From Phormidesmis sp. (GTDB lineage Bacteria > Cyanobacteriota > Cyanobacteriia > Leptolyngbyales > Leptolyngbyaceae): a stretch of DNA of 64,000 bases. Every line of letters begins with the position of its first letter. Within the stretch, counting starts at the first letter, position 1. The notes beneath the pieces are model-generated. The model saw only the letters and a list, made by a program, of their open reading frames with translations. It was not told the DNA's origin and ran no database searches. The DNA is taken from contig CBDFJR010000002.1 of NCBI GenBank assembly GCA_965248535.1, forward strand, positions 1,120,001 through 1,184,000, given 5' to 3'. Made by a program: the position numbers and the translations under genes. Below, piece after piece: positions 9,056 through 18,024 of the stretch.

Positions 9056-9901
9056 TTGACCTCTGCCCCTCGACCCCGCATGGATTTTCTATTTGCTCTG
9101 CCCGTAGCTCTGATTGTGTTTTGGCTGGGAGCCTCGATCGGGAGCTTTCTGAACGTTGTGGTCTATCGGCTGCCTGCTGGGTTGTCGCTGCTCTATCCGC
9201 CGTCTCGCTGCCCCCATTGCCTAACTCGCCTTAGAAAACGAGAAAACGTGCCTGTGCTGGGTTGGCTGTGGCTTAAAGGGCGGTGTGGTCACTGCAAAAG
9301 CTCGATTTCGTCTCGCTATCCGCTCGTCGAAGCATCGACTGGACTGCTGTTTTTGCTGACGTTTTGGGTGTTTGGCTTCTCGATCGCCACGATCGGCTAC
9401 TGGCTCTTTTTAAGCTGGCTGCTGGCGCTGTCGTTGATTGACTTAGACACGATGACGCTGCCAAACCCGCTCACCCAGTCAGGCTTGATTTTAGGATTGG
9501 CATTTCAGGCTCTCTCAGGATTTTTGATCACTTCTAGCCTGGCAGGTGCAATTCAATATTTCGTTGCAGGCGTGATCGGCGCAGTCCTGGGAGTCTGGCT
9601 GCTCGATGCTATCTCGTTTGGAGGCACGATCGCGCTAGGGCAACCCGCAATGGGGGCAGGCGATGCCAAACTAGCGGCGATGATGGGCGCTTGGCTGGGC
9701 TGGAAACTGCTGCTGATCGGCGGATTTTTGGCCTGTGGAGCCGGAGCACTGGTAGGCGGAGGCGCGATCGCTTTGGGACTGATCAATCGCCGCCAGCCGA
9801 TCCCGTTTGGCCCGTTTTTAGCTCTAGGAGCCGCTTTGAGCCTCTTTTACGGCGAGGCGTTGCTCTCAGGCTATCTGAGGCTGTTTTTTCCTACGATTTA
9901 G
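9056..9901 (+). CDS. pilD: prepilin peptidase/N-methyltransferase (likely ATG at 9080)
   Basis: [12 protein letters not shown], CxxC pairs, [15 protein letters not shown]. Confidence 0.92.
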   Translation: MTSAPRPRMDFLFALPVALIVFWLGASIGSFLNVVVYRLPAGLSLLYPPSRCPHCLTRLRKRENVPVLGWLWLKGRCGHCKSSISSRYPLVEASTGLLFLLTFWVFGFSIATIGYWLFLSWLLALSLIDLDTMTLPNPLTQSGLILGLAFQALSGFLITSSLAGAIQYFVAGVIGAVLGVWLLDAISFGGTIALGQPAMGAGDAKLAAMMGAWLGWKLLLIGGFLACGAGALVGGGAIALGLINRRQPIPFGPFLALGAALSLFYGEALLSGYLRLFFPTI

Positions 9902-9941
9902 CCTTTATCGTGAGAAAAGCAGTCCCAATCCTTTCGTCATC

Positions 9942-10841
9942 ATGAATCCTATTCAGCGCGTCGCGATCGTAGGTGGCACCCACGGCAATGAGTTCACCGG
10001 AGCTTATTTAATCAAAAAGTTTGAGCAATATCCAGAGCGGGTGCAGCGATCGAGTTTTTCCACTCAAACATTACTTGCCAATCCTCAAGCGTTTGCAGAC
10101 ACTCGTCGCTATATTGATCGAGACCTAAATCGATCGTTTCTCTCTCAAGATTTGCAAAACCCAAATCTTTCTGGCTATGAAGCGCAGAGAGCCAAAGCCA
10201 TTGCTCAACAGTTAGGGATCAAGGGCAGCGCTCAAGTCGATGTCGTGCTCGATCTCCACTCGACAACTGCCAACATGGGGCTGTCTCTCTTGATGGCAAA
10301 CCGAAGCGCTGCCAGCTTGCAGCTAGCCAGCTATGTGAGTGAAGCCAATTCGCTGGTCAAGGTGTGTTTAACGCAGCCCGACTCAGCCACGGGATTGCTG
10401 CGATCGCTCTCTGAGTTAGGCGTGGTGATCGAAGTCGGCCCAGTCGCGCAGGGAGTGCTGGATGCTTACTGGTTTCAGCAGACAGAGGCTTTAATTCACA
10501 CGATTTTAGATTATTTGCACGACTGCAATCAGGGCACGGTGGCGATCGCTGATCGTCCCCTAACTTTTTATGAACCCATTGGCTCGATCGACTATCCCCG
10601 CAATAAGGCTGGCGAGATTCAGGCGATGATTCACCCTGAGTTGCAGGGCAAAGACTATCAGCCGCTCAAGCCGGGTGACCCCTTGTTTTTGAAATTGGAT
10701 GGTTCCACGATCGTCTATGAGGGCGTTTCGACGGTCTATCCCATTTTCATCAACGAAGCCGCCTATTACGAGAAAGGGATTGCGTTAACGTTAACTCACA
10801 TCTTGCACCTATCTCAGGAGGATTTATTGCGATCGGTCTGA
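9942..10841 (+). CDS. aspartoacylase-family protein
   Basis: [33 protein letters not shown]. Confidence 0.9.
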   Translation: MNPIQRVAIVGGTHGNEFTGAYLIKKFEQYPERVQRSSFSTQTLLANPQAFADTRRYIDRDLNRSFLSQDLQNPNLSGYEAQRAKAIAQQLGIKGSAQVDVVLDLHSTTANMGLSLLMANRSAASLQLASYVSEANSLVKVCLTQPDSATGLLRSLSELGVVIEVGPVAQGVLDAYWFQQTEALIHTILDYLHDCNQGTVAIADRPLTFYEPIGSIDYPRNKAGEIQAMIHPELQGKDYQPLKPGDPLFLKLDGSTIVYEGVSTVYPIFINEAAYYEKGIALTLTHILHLSQEDLLRSV

Positions 10842-10916
10842 CTGAGAATGCTGCAAGATTTTAGTTAGGGAGCGTTTCCTAAACGGGGATATTGACCACT
10901 CCCTAACCTCAACTTC

Positions 10917-11288
10917 CTACAGTTGAATCGTCGTTTTGTTGTGCAACTCCTCTACTTGAATCAGTGCACCATTACCCAGAACAATGTTGAACTTCATTAA
11001 AGAACGTTCAACCTGATAACCAGGCAACACTCGAACAACTTGATACTCTGTGGTCAAATCACTCGTGCCATCCCACTTCAGAAACGCTAGTTGATTAGAC
11101 GCAATCTCACTCAGTTCTGAGACAAACTCTTCAATGCTGTCGCCAACATTCACGAGAATGCCAGACGGCACAAAGAGATAACGCTCTTGTAAATCTAAAG
11201 TCACACTCACTCGATAACGTTTTTCGATTGAGCAACGCAACTCAATGGTGAACGAAATCGAGCTAGGAACGATCGTCCTAACTGCCAT
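10917..11288 (-). CDS. hypothetical protein
   Basis: GAGG SD, 123-aa ORF downstream of intI. Confidence 0.55.
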   Translation of the reverse strand: MAVRTIVPSSISFTIELRCSIEKRYRVSVTLDLQERYLFVPSGILVNVGDSIEEFVSELSEIASNQLAFLKWDGTSDLTTEYQVVRVLPGYQVERSLMKFNIVLGNGALIQVEELHNKTTIQL

Positions 11289-11577
11289 GTTTTTTGTCCT
11301 CTCGATTAATTCAAAGAGGACAAAAACACGGATCTCTCAGACATTCGGTTGGGGTGAAATCTGTATGCAGGATCTTGATTCCAGCCTTTCAAGATCCCAT
11401 AGCAAAGCCGACGGTGTACAATCATGAACGCCTCCTGAGTTATCAGTGCTAACTAGGGATGGAAGTCCTCGGAGTCTGATCTGAGAAATCAGGCTTCGGG
11501 GCACAACTCCATCACTGCGGTGTATTGTACTAGAGTTTTTTGTTTTTTGGAATGGTGAGTTTTTGAGGGAGGAGCGA

Positions 11578-12543
11578 TCAAGCATCCAGTGGACTAATGA
11601 CACCTCGACTACCCCGATTGAGCACATGCGTATAAATCATTGTCGTTTTGACATCTTTGTGTCCTAGTAGTTCTTGCACCGTACGAATGTCGTAGCCATT
11701 TTGCAGCAAGTGAGTCGCAAAGGAATGACGGAAAGTATGACAGCCAATTCGCTTAGTTATTCTTGAAGCCCGAACTGCTTGCTTAAGAGCTTTCTGAAGC
11801 CCACTTTCATGCAGGTGAAAGCGTTGCCAGATGGTGGTATCTGGGTCTTGAACCCGACGACTAGAAGGAAAGATCCATTGCCAAATCCACTGCCGATCGG
11901 CGTTAGGATACTTACGTGCCAGAGCAAACGGTAGCCAAACCGAGCCGAATCCCTGGTCTAAATCCTGTTGATGCAGGGTCTTTGCTTGTTGGAGATGAGT
12001 TTGGAGATCGGCGATCAGGCGCTCTGGCAGCATCGTAACGCGAGCTTTCATCCCTTTAGCGTTACGCACCATAATTTGATGTTGGTCAAAATCTAAGTCT
12101 TTGATGCGTAGAGAAAGTGCTTCATTGAGACGCATTCCACTGCCATACAGCAGTTGAATTAATAGACGATAGGTGCCGTTCATTTGGGCAATCACCGATC
12201 GTACTTCCTGGGGTGTTAGAACTGTGGGCAAGTAGGTCGATCGTTTAGCCCGAACTGCTTGAATGTCAAAGTCTAGCGTTTGATTTAGCACATCACGATA
12301 GAGAAAAAGAATCGCGTTGAAGGCTTGATTCTGGGTTGAGGCAGCAACTTTGCCTTCTACTGCCAGATGTGTCAAGAATGCTTCAATTTCTGCTTGTCCC
12401 ATTTCCCGTGGATGTCGCTTGTTGTGAAAAGCAACGTATCGCTTAATCCACTGAACATAGCTTTTTTCAGTTTGATAGGAGTAATGCTTGAGTCGAATGG
12501 TGTCCCGCACCACTTCCGATAGCATCTTGGGACGTTCATTCAT
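11578..12543 (-). CDS. intI: integron integrase (tyrosine recombinase)
   Basis: [22 protein letters not shown]...TTMIYTH catalytic residues; integron-specific insert ([16 protein letters not shown]...WQWIFPS); [15 protein letters not shown]-terminus. Confidence 0.95.
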   Translation of the reverse strand: MNERPKMLSEVVRDTIRLKHYSYQTEKSYVQWIKRYVAFHNKRHPREMGQAEIEAFLTHLAVEGKVAASTQNQAFNAILFLYRDVLNQTLDFDIQAVRAKRSTYLPTVLTPQEVRSVIAQMNGTYRLLIQLLYGSGMRLNEALSLRIKDLDFDQHQIMVRNAKGMKARVTMLPERLIADLQTHLQQAKTLHQQDLDQGFGSVWLPFALARKYPNADRQWIWQWIFPSSRRVQDPDTTIWQRFHLHESGLQKALKQAVRASRITKRIGCHTFRHSFATHLLQNGYDIRTVQELLGHKDVKTTMIYTHVLNRGSRGVISPLDA

Positions 12544-12613
12544 AAAAGTTTATAATTCTTCAACAAGATAATGAGTGTGATCTCATAGAATCAGAATATC
12601 TAATGAAAAGTGA

Positions 12614-12771
12614 GGGGAGATACACCGAAAGTTTCCGGGTATCTGCCCAAATCGGGGAGATATATAGAAAGTGTCGGGATATCTACCCAAATCAGGGAGA
12701 TATGCAGAAAGTGTCGGGGTATCTGCCTAAATCAGGGAGATATACGGAAACTTTCCGTATAATCAATAGTT
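12614..12771 (+). repeat. four tandem ~40-bp imperfect repeats ending in the candidate attI
   Basis: units at 12614, 12654, 12694 and 12734: RGGGAGATA-N4-GAAAGT..C.GG.TATCT.CC.AAATC, each with internal dyad symmetry. Confidence 0.85.
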
Positions 12772-12775
12772 CCAC
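12739..12775 (+). mobile_element. candidate attI site (crossover G/TT at 12769-12771)
   Basis: TATACGGAAACTTTCCGTATA palindrome, then ATCAATA-GTT; downstream GTTCCAC nearly complements R'' GTAGAAC of the first attC. Confidence 0.6.
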
Positions 12776-12827
12776 GAGAACTGGATATAAATGTTACCCA
12801 TTGGGAACACTACATCCACCCAGTTCC

Positions 12828-12941
12828 GTAGAACATTTCGTTGGAACCGACACGCTACAAATAGTCGTAAGGTTAACCGCACTACCAACTAAAGTTGGTG
12901 TTGCTTGATTGATTTGGTGCGGTTCAACTCAATCGTTATGC
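12828..12941 (+). mobile_element. attC site 1
   Basis: R'' GTAGAAC, L'' GTTG[G]AACCG, L' CGGTTCAAC, R' GTTATGC. Confidence 0.7.
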
Positions 12942-13215
12942 CGCCAGCCCGACAAGCAATCAATTCGGTCTTTCAGAGTTGTCGTTCAACCGAACATCAA
13001 CGGTATTGAGAACGGGTTAGTGAATACGAAAGTCAACGTAATGCATATAAGCGATCGCGCCGACTTATCGGTGTTGACTTTAGCAAAGATACTTCGTTGA
13101 GAGTGGGAGGTGACAGGTCGCATAGGATTTAAATCCGTCCGCGAATGCCGAATTCTTCGTCTTTTGAGATGTGCGGTCTGGCGAAGTTGCGAAGCGATCG
13201 GTTGAGACGAGCAAC

Positions 13216-14002
13216 GCATAATCGGGTAACCAGGGGATTTTCTCCCCCAGTCCCCACGGCACCCCGCGTGCGGCTCCGCACGGGGCGCGTCCCCAGAAAA
13301 GTTTTAGACAAGCCAGTTCAATAGAACTGAATATCCAGGGCTGGTTGTGCAGTTAAGCGCCGACAAAATAGCTCCCCCGTTCGGGTTCATCGCCCAGTCG
13401 AGCTTTGCAACTCCTCCCTGCTTTCTAAGGTTCAGCCCTTCACCCTGTCTCACCCATTACGGTGAGTGTTTGGCTACTATGACCTCTGCTGACTTCTGCT
13501 CAATCATGAGTCCTGTTGCCATGACTCACGCTGCCTGAATGTCCTTAGGGTTCCGTGGCTCCCTAGCCGTTTCCCGCTAGACCTCAATCAGACTCCCGTA
13601 GACCCTCAGACCGCCCTTTGAGCAGATCTCCCCAGATAAGAACGTGAACTGTCTCTGCACAACTGCGTCATTTACTGTGTTCCCTGAACCAAAAGGCTTC
13701 ATGATGTTGTGCTCACTTGCCACAGGAATCTCAGCCTTCTATGACGTTTCTGTCCGTCAGCTCGCAGATTTGCCGCTGGCTTCCTTCAGACCCTTCCTCG
13801 CGGAAACGCCCTTACCTTAAGCTAGTCGTTGTCGTCACTCGGATCTTTTGGGATCATTTGGACGTTGGTTCTCCGACAGGGGACTTTCACCCCATTAGTT
13901 CACACCCATGCTGGGCGTACACAACCCGATTGGAGCGGACTGTTGTCAGATCTGGGTGAGGCTGCAAAAATCATTTACAGCCGCTCAATCGGAACGTTAT
14001 GC
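13216..14002 (+). mobile_element. attC site 2, interrupted by group II intron copy A
   Basis: removing 13221-13920 restores GCATA|AC-AACCC-GATTG[G]AGCGG...CCGCTCAATC-GGAAC-GTTATGC. Confidence 0.9.
13221..13920 (-). mobile_element. ORF-less group IIC-attC intron, copy A (700 nt)
   Basis: minus strand starts GTACGCCCAGCATGGGTG; short IIC-type DV with CGC triad (CGCCCCGTGCGGAGCCGCACGCGGGGTG); DVI ending TTACCCGAT; inserted at TTGT/T of the attC bottom strand; DIV about 140 nt with no RT ORF. Confidence 0.9.
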
Positions 14003-14061
14003 CGCTCATCTCCTGGTGGGAACGCAGCCAGAAGCTAGTTTTTGGTGTTTAAGGTAAATAC

Positions 14062-14535
14062 ATGAACTTACAAAGCCTGAAGTGGACAAAGAACATAAAA
14101 CCAGCAGGACAAGAACCGTGGGCTTATCAGCCCTTTGAGGTTGGGAGTCTCTTTAAGTTGGCATGGAAAGATGATGAAGGTAACGCTAGCAAACCTCAAC
14201 GAGCAGACCTAATTTTGCTTAGACAGGGTGGTTATGTTACGCATCTTGTAGAAGTACTCGACGGAAAGACAGGGCGTGAAAAATGGCAAGGTAATTTCAA
14301 TATCTACCGAATTGTTGAAGTGCTCTGGGTAATTGATTGGACAAATCTGCCCATTTCTGCAAAAGCGGATGAGGTATTTGGATATTCGGTTAAAGGCTAT
14401 CAGGGCGGGGATGTGATGTTTTTGGAAACGATGCCCACTTTTCAGCAGCATTGGCAGAATCAGGGTGATTTAAGCGCATTTCAAGCGCATGTGCGGAGCC
14501 TGCTCAATCTGCCTGAAAGCGACGATAATGGATGA
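14062..14535 (+). CDS. cassette-borne hypothetical protein
   Basis: AAGGT SD, 157 aa, first gene of cassette 13997-15140. Confidence 0.75.
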   Translation: MNLQSLKWTKNIKPAGQEPWAYQPFEVGSLFKLAWKDDEGNASKPQRADLILLRQGGYVTHLVEVLDGKTGREKWQGNFNIYRIVEVLWVIDWTNLPISAKADEVFGYSVKGYQGGDVMFLETMPTFQQHWQNQGDLSAFQAHVRSLLNLPESDDNG

Positions 14536-14567
14536 AGTGTAGTTTTAATCTTCTGAGTGGGGTAGCG

Positions 14568-14786
14568 ATGACTGAGTTACTAGAGTGCGCTATTGCTAGG
14601 CTGCAAGCCTTGCCCGAAAGCGAACAGAACGCGATCGCTTCAATAATCTTGGATGAGATTAAAGACGATCGCCGCTGGGATGAAGCATTTTCGCGTTCGC
14701 CAGATATTCTTGCAAAACTTGCAGCTTCCGCAATGGCTGAGTACCGCGCAGGTAAGACTGAAGAACTTGACCCAGAGACATTGTGA
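14568..14786 (+). CDS. putative antitoxin
   Basis: small acidic MTELLE...; GTGA overlap with the downstream toxin. Confidence 0.7.
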   Translation: MTELLECAIARLQALPESEQNAIASIILDEIKDDRRWDEAFSRSPDILAKLAASAMAEYRAGKTEELDPETL

Positions 14787-15052
14787 AGTCACGCACTACT
14801 AAAGAGTTTCGTAAATTATTCGCCAAATTACCCAAACAGGTTCAAGAGCAAACCCGTACGGCATATCGTCAGTTTAAGGAAGACCCAAGCTACCCAGGTC
14901 TTCGTTTTAAGAAGGTGCATCCAGAGTTGCCAATTTACTCTGCTCGCATTAACAAAAGCTATCGAGCGGTAGGTCAATTGGATGAAGATACAGTGATTTG
15001 GTTTTGGGTTGGTTCACACGCAGAGTACGACAGGTTGCTAGAGCAGTTATAG
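14783..15052 (+). CDS. RelE/ParE-like toxin
   Basis: basic 89 aa; F..LP...DPSYPGLRFKKV...YRA...WFWVGSHAEYD. Confidence 0.75.
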   Translation: MKSRTTKEFRKLFAKLPKQVQEQTRTAYRQFKEDPSYPGLRFKKVHPELPIYSARINKSYRAVGQLDEDTVIWFWVGSHAEYDRLLEQL

Positions 15053-15059
15053 TAGCGCG

Positions 15060-15146
15060 GCATAACAATTCAAATGCAGCGGACGGTCGAGAGTCGCTGA
15101 CGCTGAGTTCAAGGGTATCTGCCGCCGCTGATTTGAGCCGTTATGC
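15060..15146 (+). mobile_element. attC site 3 (intact)
   Basis: GCATAAC-AATTC-AAAT[G]CAGCGG...CCGCTGATTTGA-GCC-GTTATGC. Confidence 0.9.
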
Positions 15147-15246
15147 GGCTTGCTTTGTTGGTTATGGCGGGGTTTAGAGGTGATCTGTGAGACGATTGAG
15201 CATCAGCGCGTTCAGGTTAACGAAGTGGTTGCTGAGGTTGAAATCA

Positions 15247-15519
15247 ATGCTTTATATGGTCATCGAGTATTTCAATGCAGGAGCGGCTGTTGATATTTAC
15301 CGTCGTGTCCGCGATCGGGGTCGTCAATTGCCACCCGGTCTTGAGTATGTAGACAGTTGGGTAGATTTAGACTATTTCCGGTGCTTCCAACTGATGCGAA
15401 CGGATGACCGAGACTTGTTCGAGGTTTGGATCGAAGCTTGGAGCGATCTCGGTCATTTTGAAATCATTCCAGTGAGGACTTCGGCAGAGGCTGCTCAACA
15501 TATTGCGGATAAACTCTAG
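15247..15519 (+). CDS. DUF3303-like protein
   Basis: MLYMVIEYF...GRQLPPGLEYVDSWV...RCFQLM...W.DL..FEIIPV. Confidence 0.65.
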   Translation: MLYMVIEYFNAGAAVDIYRRVRDRGRQLPPGLEYVDSWVDLDYFRCFQLMRTDDRDLFEVWIEAWSDLGHFEIIPVRTSAEAAQHIADKL

Positions 15520-15592
15520 AAGTATTCTCTGTCTGCGGCAGAAAGAGGTTTCGGTATAATGTTAGGTAGATATTTTTCCCTCATAGCCTTTT

Positions 15593-15817
15593 ATGAATTA
15601 TCAAGACATCATTACGATCGAGCCTGGAAAGCGCAGTGGCAAGCCATGTATTCGGGGAATGCGAATCACCGTGTACGATATCTTGGAATATCTGGCAGGT
15701 GGAATGACCGAAGCAGAAATTCTGGAAGATTTTTCTGAACTCACCTCAGAAGATATCAAAGCTTGTCTTGCTTTTGCGGCCGATCGTGAGAAGAAGTTGT
15801 TTGTGCCATCGCTGTGA
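15593..15817 (+). CDS. DUF433 antitoxin
   Basis: PGKRSGKPCIRGMRITVYDIL...EDIKACLAFAA. Confidence 0.85.
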   Translation: MNYQDIITIEPGKRSGKPCIRGMRITVYDILEYLAGGMTEAEILEDFSELTSEDIKACLAFAADREKKLFVPSL

Positions 15818-16146
15818 AACTGCTTTTGGATGAAAATCTCTCAGACCGGATTGTTTACAAGATTATCGATTTGTATCCTAGTTCTGAGCATGTCAAAACC
15901 TTGGCACTTACGAATACTGATGATGGCATCATTTGGCAATACGCAAAAGCAAATGACTTTGTGATTGTTTCCAAAGATTCTGACTTTCATCAGCGTAGTT
16001 TGCTGTATGGTCATCCACCCAAGTTTATTTATCTTCAGGTTGGTAATTGTCCAACATCAAAAATTATTCAGATTTTGAGAGACAATTTTGACACGATTAG
16101 TCAGTTTGGAGATCGAGAATCAGAAAGTATATTAGTGTTGGCGTAG
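15814..16146 (+). CDS. DUF5615 PIN-like toxin
   Basis: MKLLLDENLS...D..IW.YA...IVSKDSDF; GTGA overlap with the antitoxin. Confidence 0.85.
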   Translation: MKLLLDENLSDRIVYKIIDLYPSSEHVKTLALTNTDDGIIWQYAKANDFVIVSKDSDFHQRSLLYGHPPKFIYLQVGNCPTSKIIQILRDNFDTISQFGDRESESILVLA

Positions 16147-16158
16147 TGTGAAACCGCA

Positions 16159-16944
16159 GCATAATCGGGTAACCAGGGGATTTTCTCCCCCAGTCCCCAC
16201 GGCACCCCGCGTGCGGCTCCGCACGGGGCGCGTCCCCAGAAAAGTTTTAGACAAGCCAGTTCAATAGAACTGAATATCCAGGGCTGGTTGTGCAGTTAAG
16301 CGCCGACAAAATAGCTCCCCCGTTCGGGTTCATCGCCCAGTCGAGCTTTGCAACTCCTCCCTGCTTTCTAAGGTTCAGCCCTTCACCCTGTCTCACCCAT
16401 TACGGTGAGTGTTTGGCTACTATGACCTCTGCTGACTTCTGCTCAATCATGAGTCCTGTTGCCATGACTCACGCTGCCTGAATGTCCTTAGGGTTCCGTG
16501 GCTCCCTAGCCGTTTCCCGCTAGACCTCAATCAGACTCCCGTAGACCCTCAGACCGCCCTTTGAGCAGATCTCCCCAGATAAGAACGTGAACTGTCTCTG
16601 CACAACTGCGTCATTTACTGTGTTCCCTGAACCAAAAGGCTTCATGATGTTGTGCTCACTTGCCACAGGAATCTCAGCCTTCTATGACGTTTCTGTCCGT
16701 CAGCTCGCAGATTTGCCGCTGGCTTCCTTCAGACCCTTCCTCGCGGAAACGCCCTTACCTTAAGCTAGTCGTTGTCGTCACTCGGATCTTTTGGGATCAT
16801 TTGGACGTTGGTTCTCCGACAGGGGACTTTCACCCCATTAGTTCACACCCATGCTGGGCGTACACAACCCCAATGCAGCGGACGAACAGAATCTTCGCGC
16901 TTCGTTTTAATCATCTCTATCGCCGCTGATTGGGAACGTTAGCC
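16159..16944 (+). mobile_element. attC site 4, interrupted by group II intron copy B
   Basis: removing 16164-16863 restores GCATA|AC-AACCC-CAAT[G]CAGCGG...CCGCTGATTG-GGAAC-GTTAGCC. Confidence 0.9.
16164..16863 (-). mobile_element. ORF-less group IIC-attC intron, copy B (700 nt)
   Basis: appears identical to 13221-13920 (offset 2943 bp; overlapping spurious ORF translations match); same TTGT/T insertion point. Confidence 0.9.
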
Positions 16945-16951
16945 TGCTTCG

Positions 16952-17536
16952 TTGAGAGTTACAGCTTTCATTTGCATACTTTTAAGCTTCATGAATGATC
17001 GTCAATTAACCAAAGCCGATTTAATCGCACTTCTAAATTCATACCTACAGTTACTTCCACCTAGATATCAAAGCCTGCAAAGTCATATTAGTATCTACGT
17101 TACGCTTGTATCAGGAATCTTCGCGGTTACAGTAGCAGGTGTAAAGGACTTCAAAACTTTCCCAGTTAATATTTTTCTGCTAACTGATCCGATTCTTATC
17201 GTTATGTTGTCCCATTACGCAAAAGTGATAATTAGAAAACAGAACGCACACATCAAAGAATTAGTCGTTTTGACTGCGAAATTAGAATATCAGCTAGGAC
17301 TTTACGACAACTCTCAGGAAAGGACAGATCTGCTTGCTGATAAGCCTTGGTCAGAAGATGACAGTCTCCTCCCGCCAAAATGGGTAAACTCGCGCTTAAA
17401 AAGTGGCAAGAAATCAATAGAGTTTATCGAAGAGTTTCAGCCCAGCAGCTCCTCAACTTACTACAGCGTATTCAGCATTTTTCAGGGCATCGCGCTGATT
17501 CTTGCCGTGTTGATTATTATCTTTCCATTCATCTAA
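16952..17536 (+). CDS. cassette-borne hypothetical membrane protein (likely ATG at 16991)
   Basis: AT-rich ORF with 2-3 hydrophobic segments, first gene after attC4. Confidence 0.7.
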   Translation: MRVTAFICILLSFMNDRQLTKADLIALLNSYLQLLPPRYQSLQSHISIYVTLVSGIFAVTVAGVKDFKTFPVNIFLLTDPILIVMLSHYAKVIIRKQNAHIKELVVLTAKLEYQLGLYDNSQERTDLLADKPWSEDDSLLPPKWVNSRLKSGKKSIEFIEEFQPSSSSTYYSVFSIFQGIALILAVLIIIFPFI

Positions 17537-17612
17537 AATGTTTGGAATGACAGGTACGGCGGGCACGGCAGGGTAAAATAGTAGAGGCGAGTCTTTTGGC
17601 GAGGAAACGGTT

Positions 17613-17819
17613 ATGAGGTTCAGCGTAACGCTTGATCGAGATGAAGATGGAGTTTGGGTTGTGGAGTGCCCTAGTATTCCGGGTTGCGTGAGTCAAGGTC
17701 AGACTAAACAAGAAGCTCTTGAAAACATCAAAGATGCGATCGCAGGTTGTCTACAGGTTCGGGCAGAGCGTGGAATGCCTCTGACTGTGGAAACCTACCA
17801 AGTTGAGGTCGTAGCCTAA
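17613..17819 (+). CDS. hicB: HicB-family antitoxin
   Basis: DEDGVWVVECPSIPGCVSQGQTKQEALENIKDAI. Confidence 0.85.
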   Translation: MRFSVTLDRDEDGVWVVECPSIPGCVSQGQTKQEALENIKDAIAGCLQVRAERGMPLTVETYQVEVVA

Positions 17820-17862
17820 AGGAACCTTGCGAAGTTTAATCCGCAATGCTGAGTTATCGATT
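17818..17862 (+). pseudogene. C-terminal remnant of HicA toxin
   Basis: translates KGTLRSLIRNAELSI, like the HicA C-terminal GTLRSI..AGLS motif; N-terminus missing. Confidence 0.6.
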
Positions 17863-17912
17863 GGCTATCACAGAATACCTCTACCACACATTAACGCTAC
17901 GCTATCAAAGCG

Positions 17913-17998
17913 GCATGACAACCGCAATGCACCGAACCTTCAAAGTATACTGGTTTATGGCTAGGTTTATCTGAGTCCGGTGATTGCGACCATTAGGT
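17913..17998 (+). mobile_element. attC site 5, degenerate
   Basis: GCATGAC (AAC to GAC)-AAC-CGCAAT[G]CACCG...CGGTGATTGCG-ACC-ATTAGGT (GTT to ATT). Confidence 0.7.
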
Positions 17999-18024
17999 GG
18001 CAACCCAAGCGCCTTTCCCGAAAA

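Noticed and set aside
12614..12771. CRISPR array
   Set aside because: Units are contiguous 40-mers with no unique spacers, and there are no cas genes in the window.
12603..12908. 101-aa ORF
   Set aside because: It is a translation of the tandem repeats, attI and attC1.
13221..13920. IS or MITE interpretation of the 700-bp duplicate
   Set aside because: No terminal inverted repeats or target duplication; group II DV/DVI and the attC TTGT/T target explain it.
13347..14038. ORFs at 13347, 13717 and 13829 (and copies at 16290 and 16660)
   Set aside because: They are antisense to the intron RNA and have no RT or other motif.
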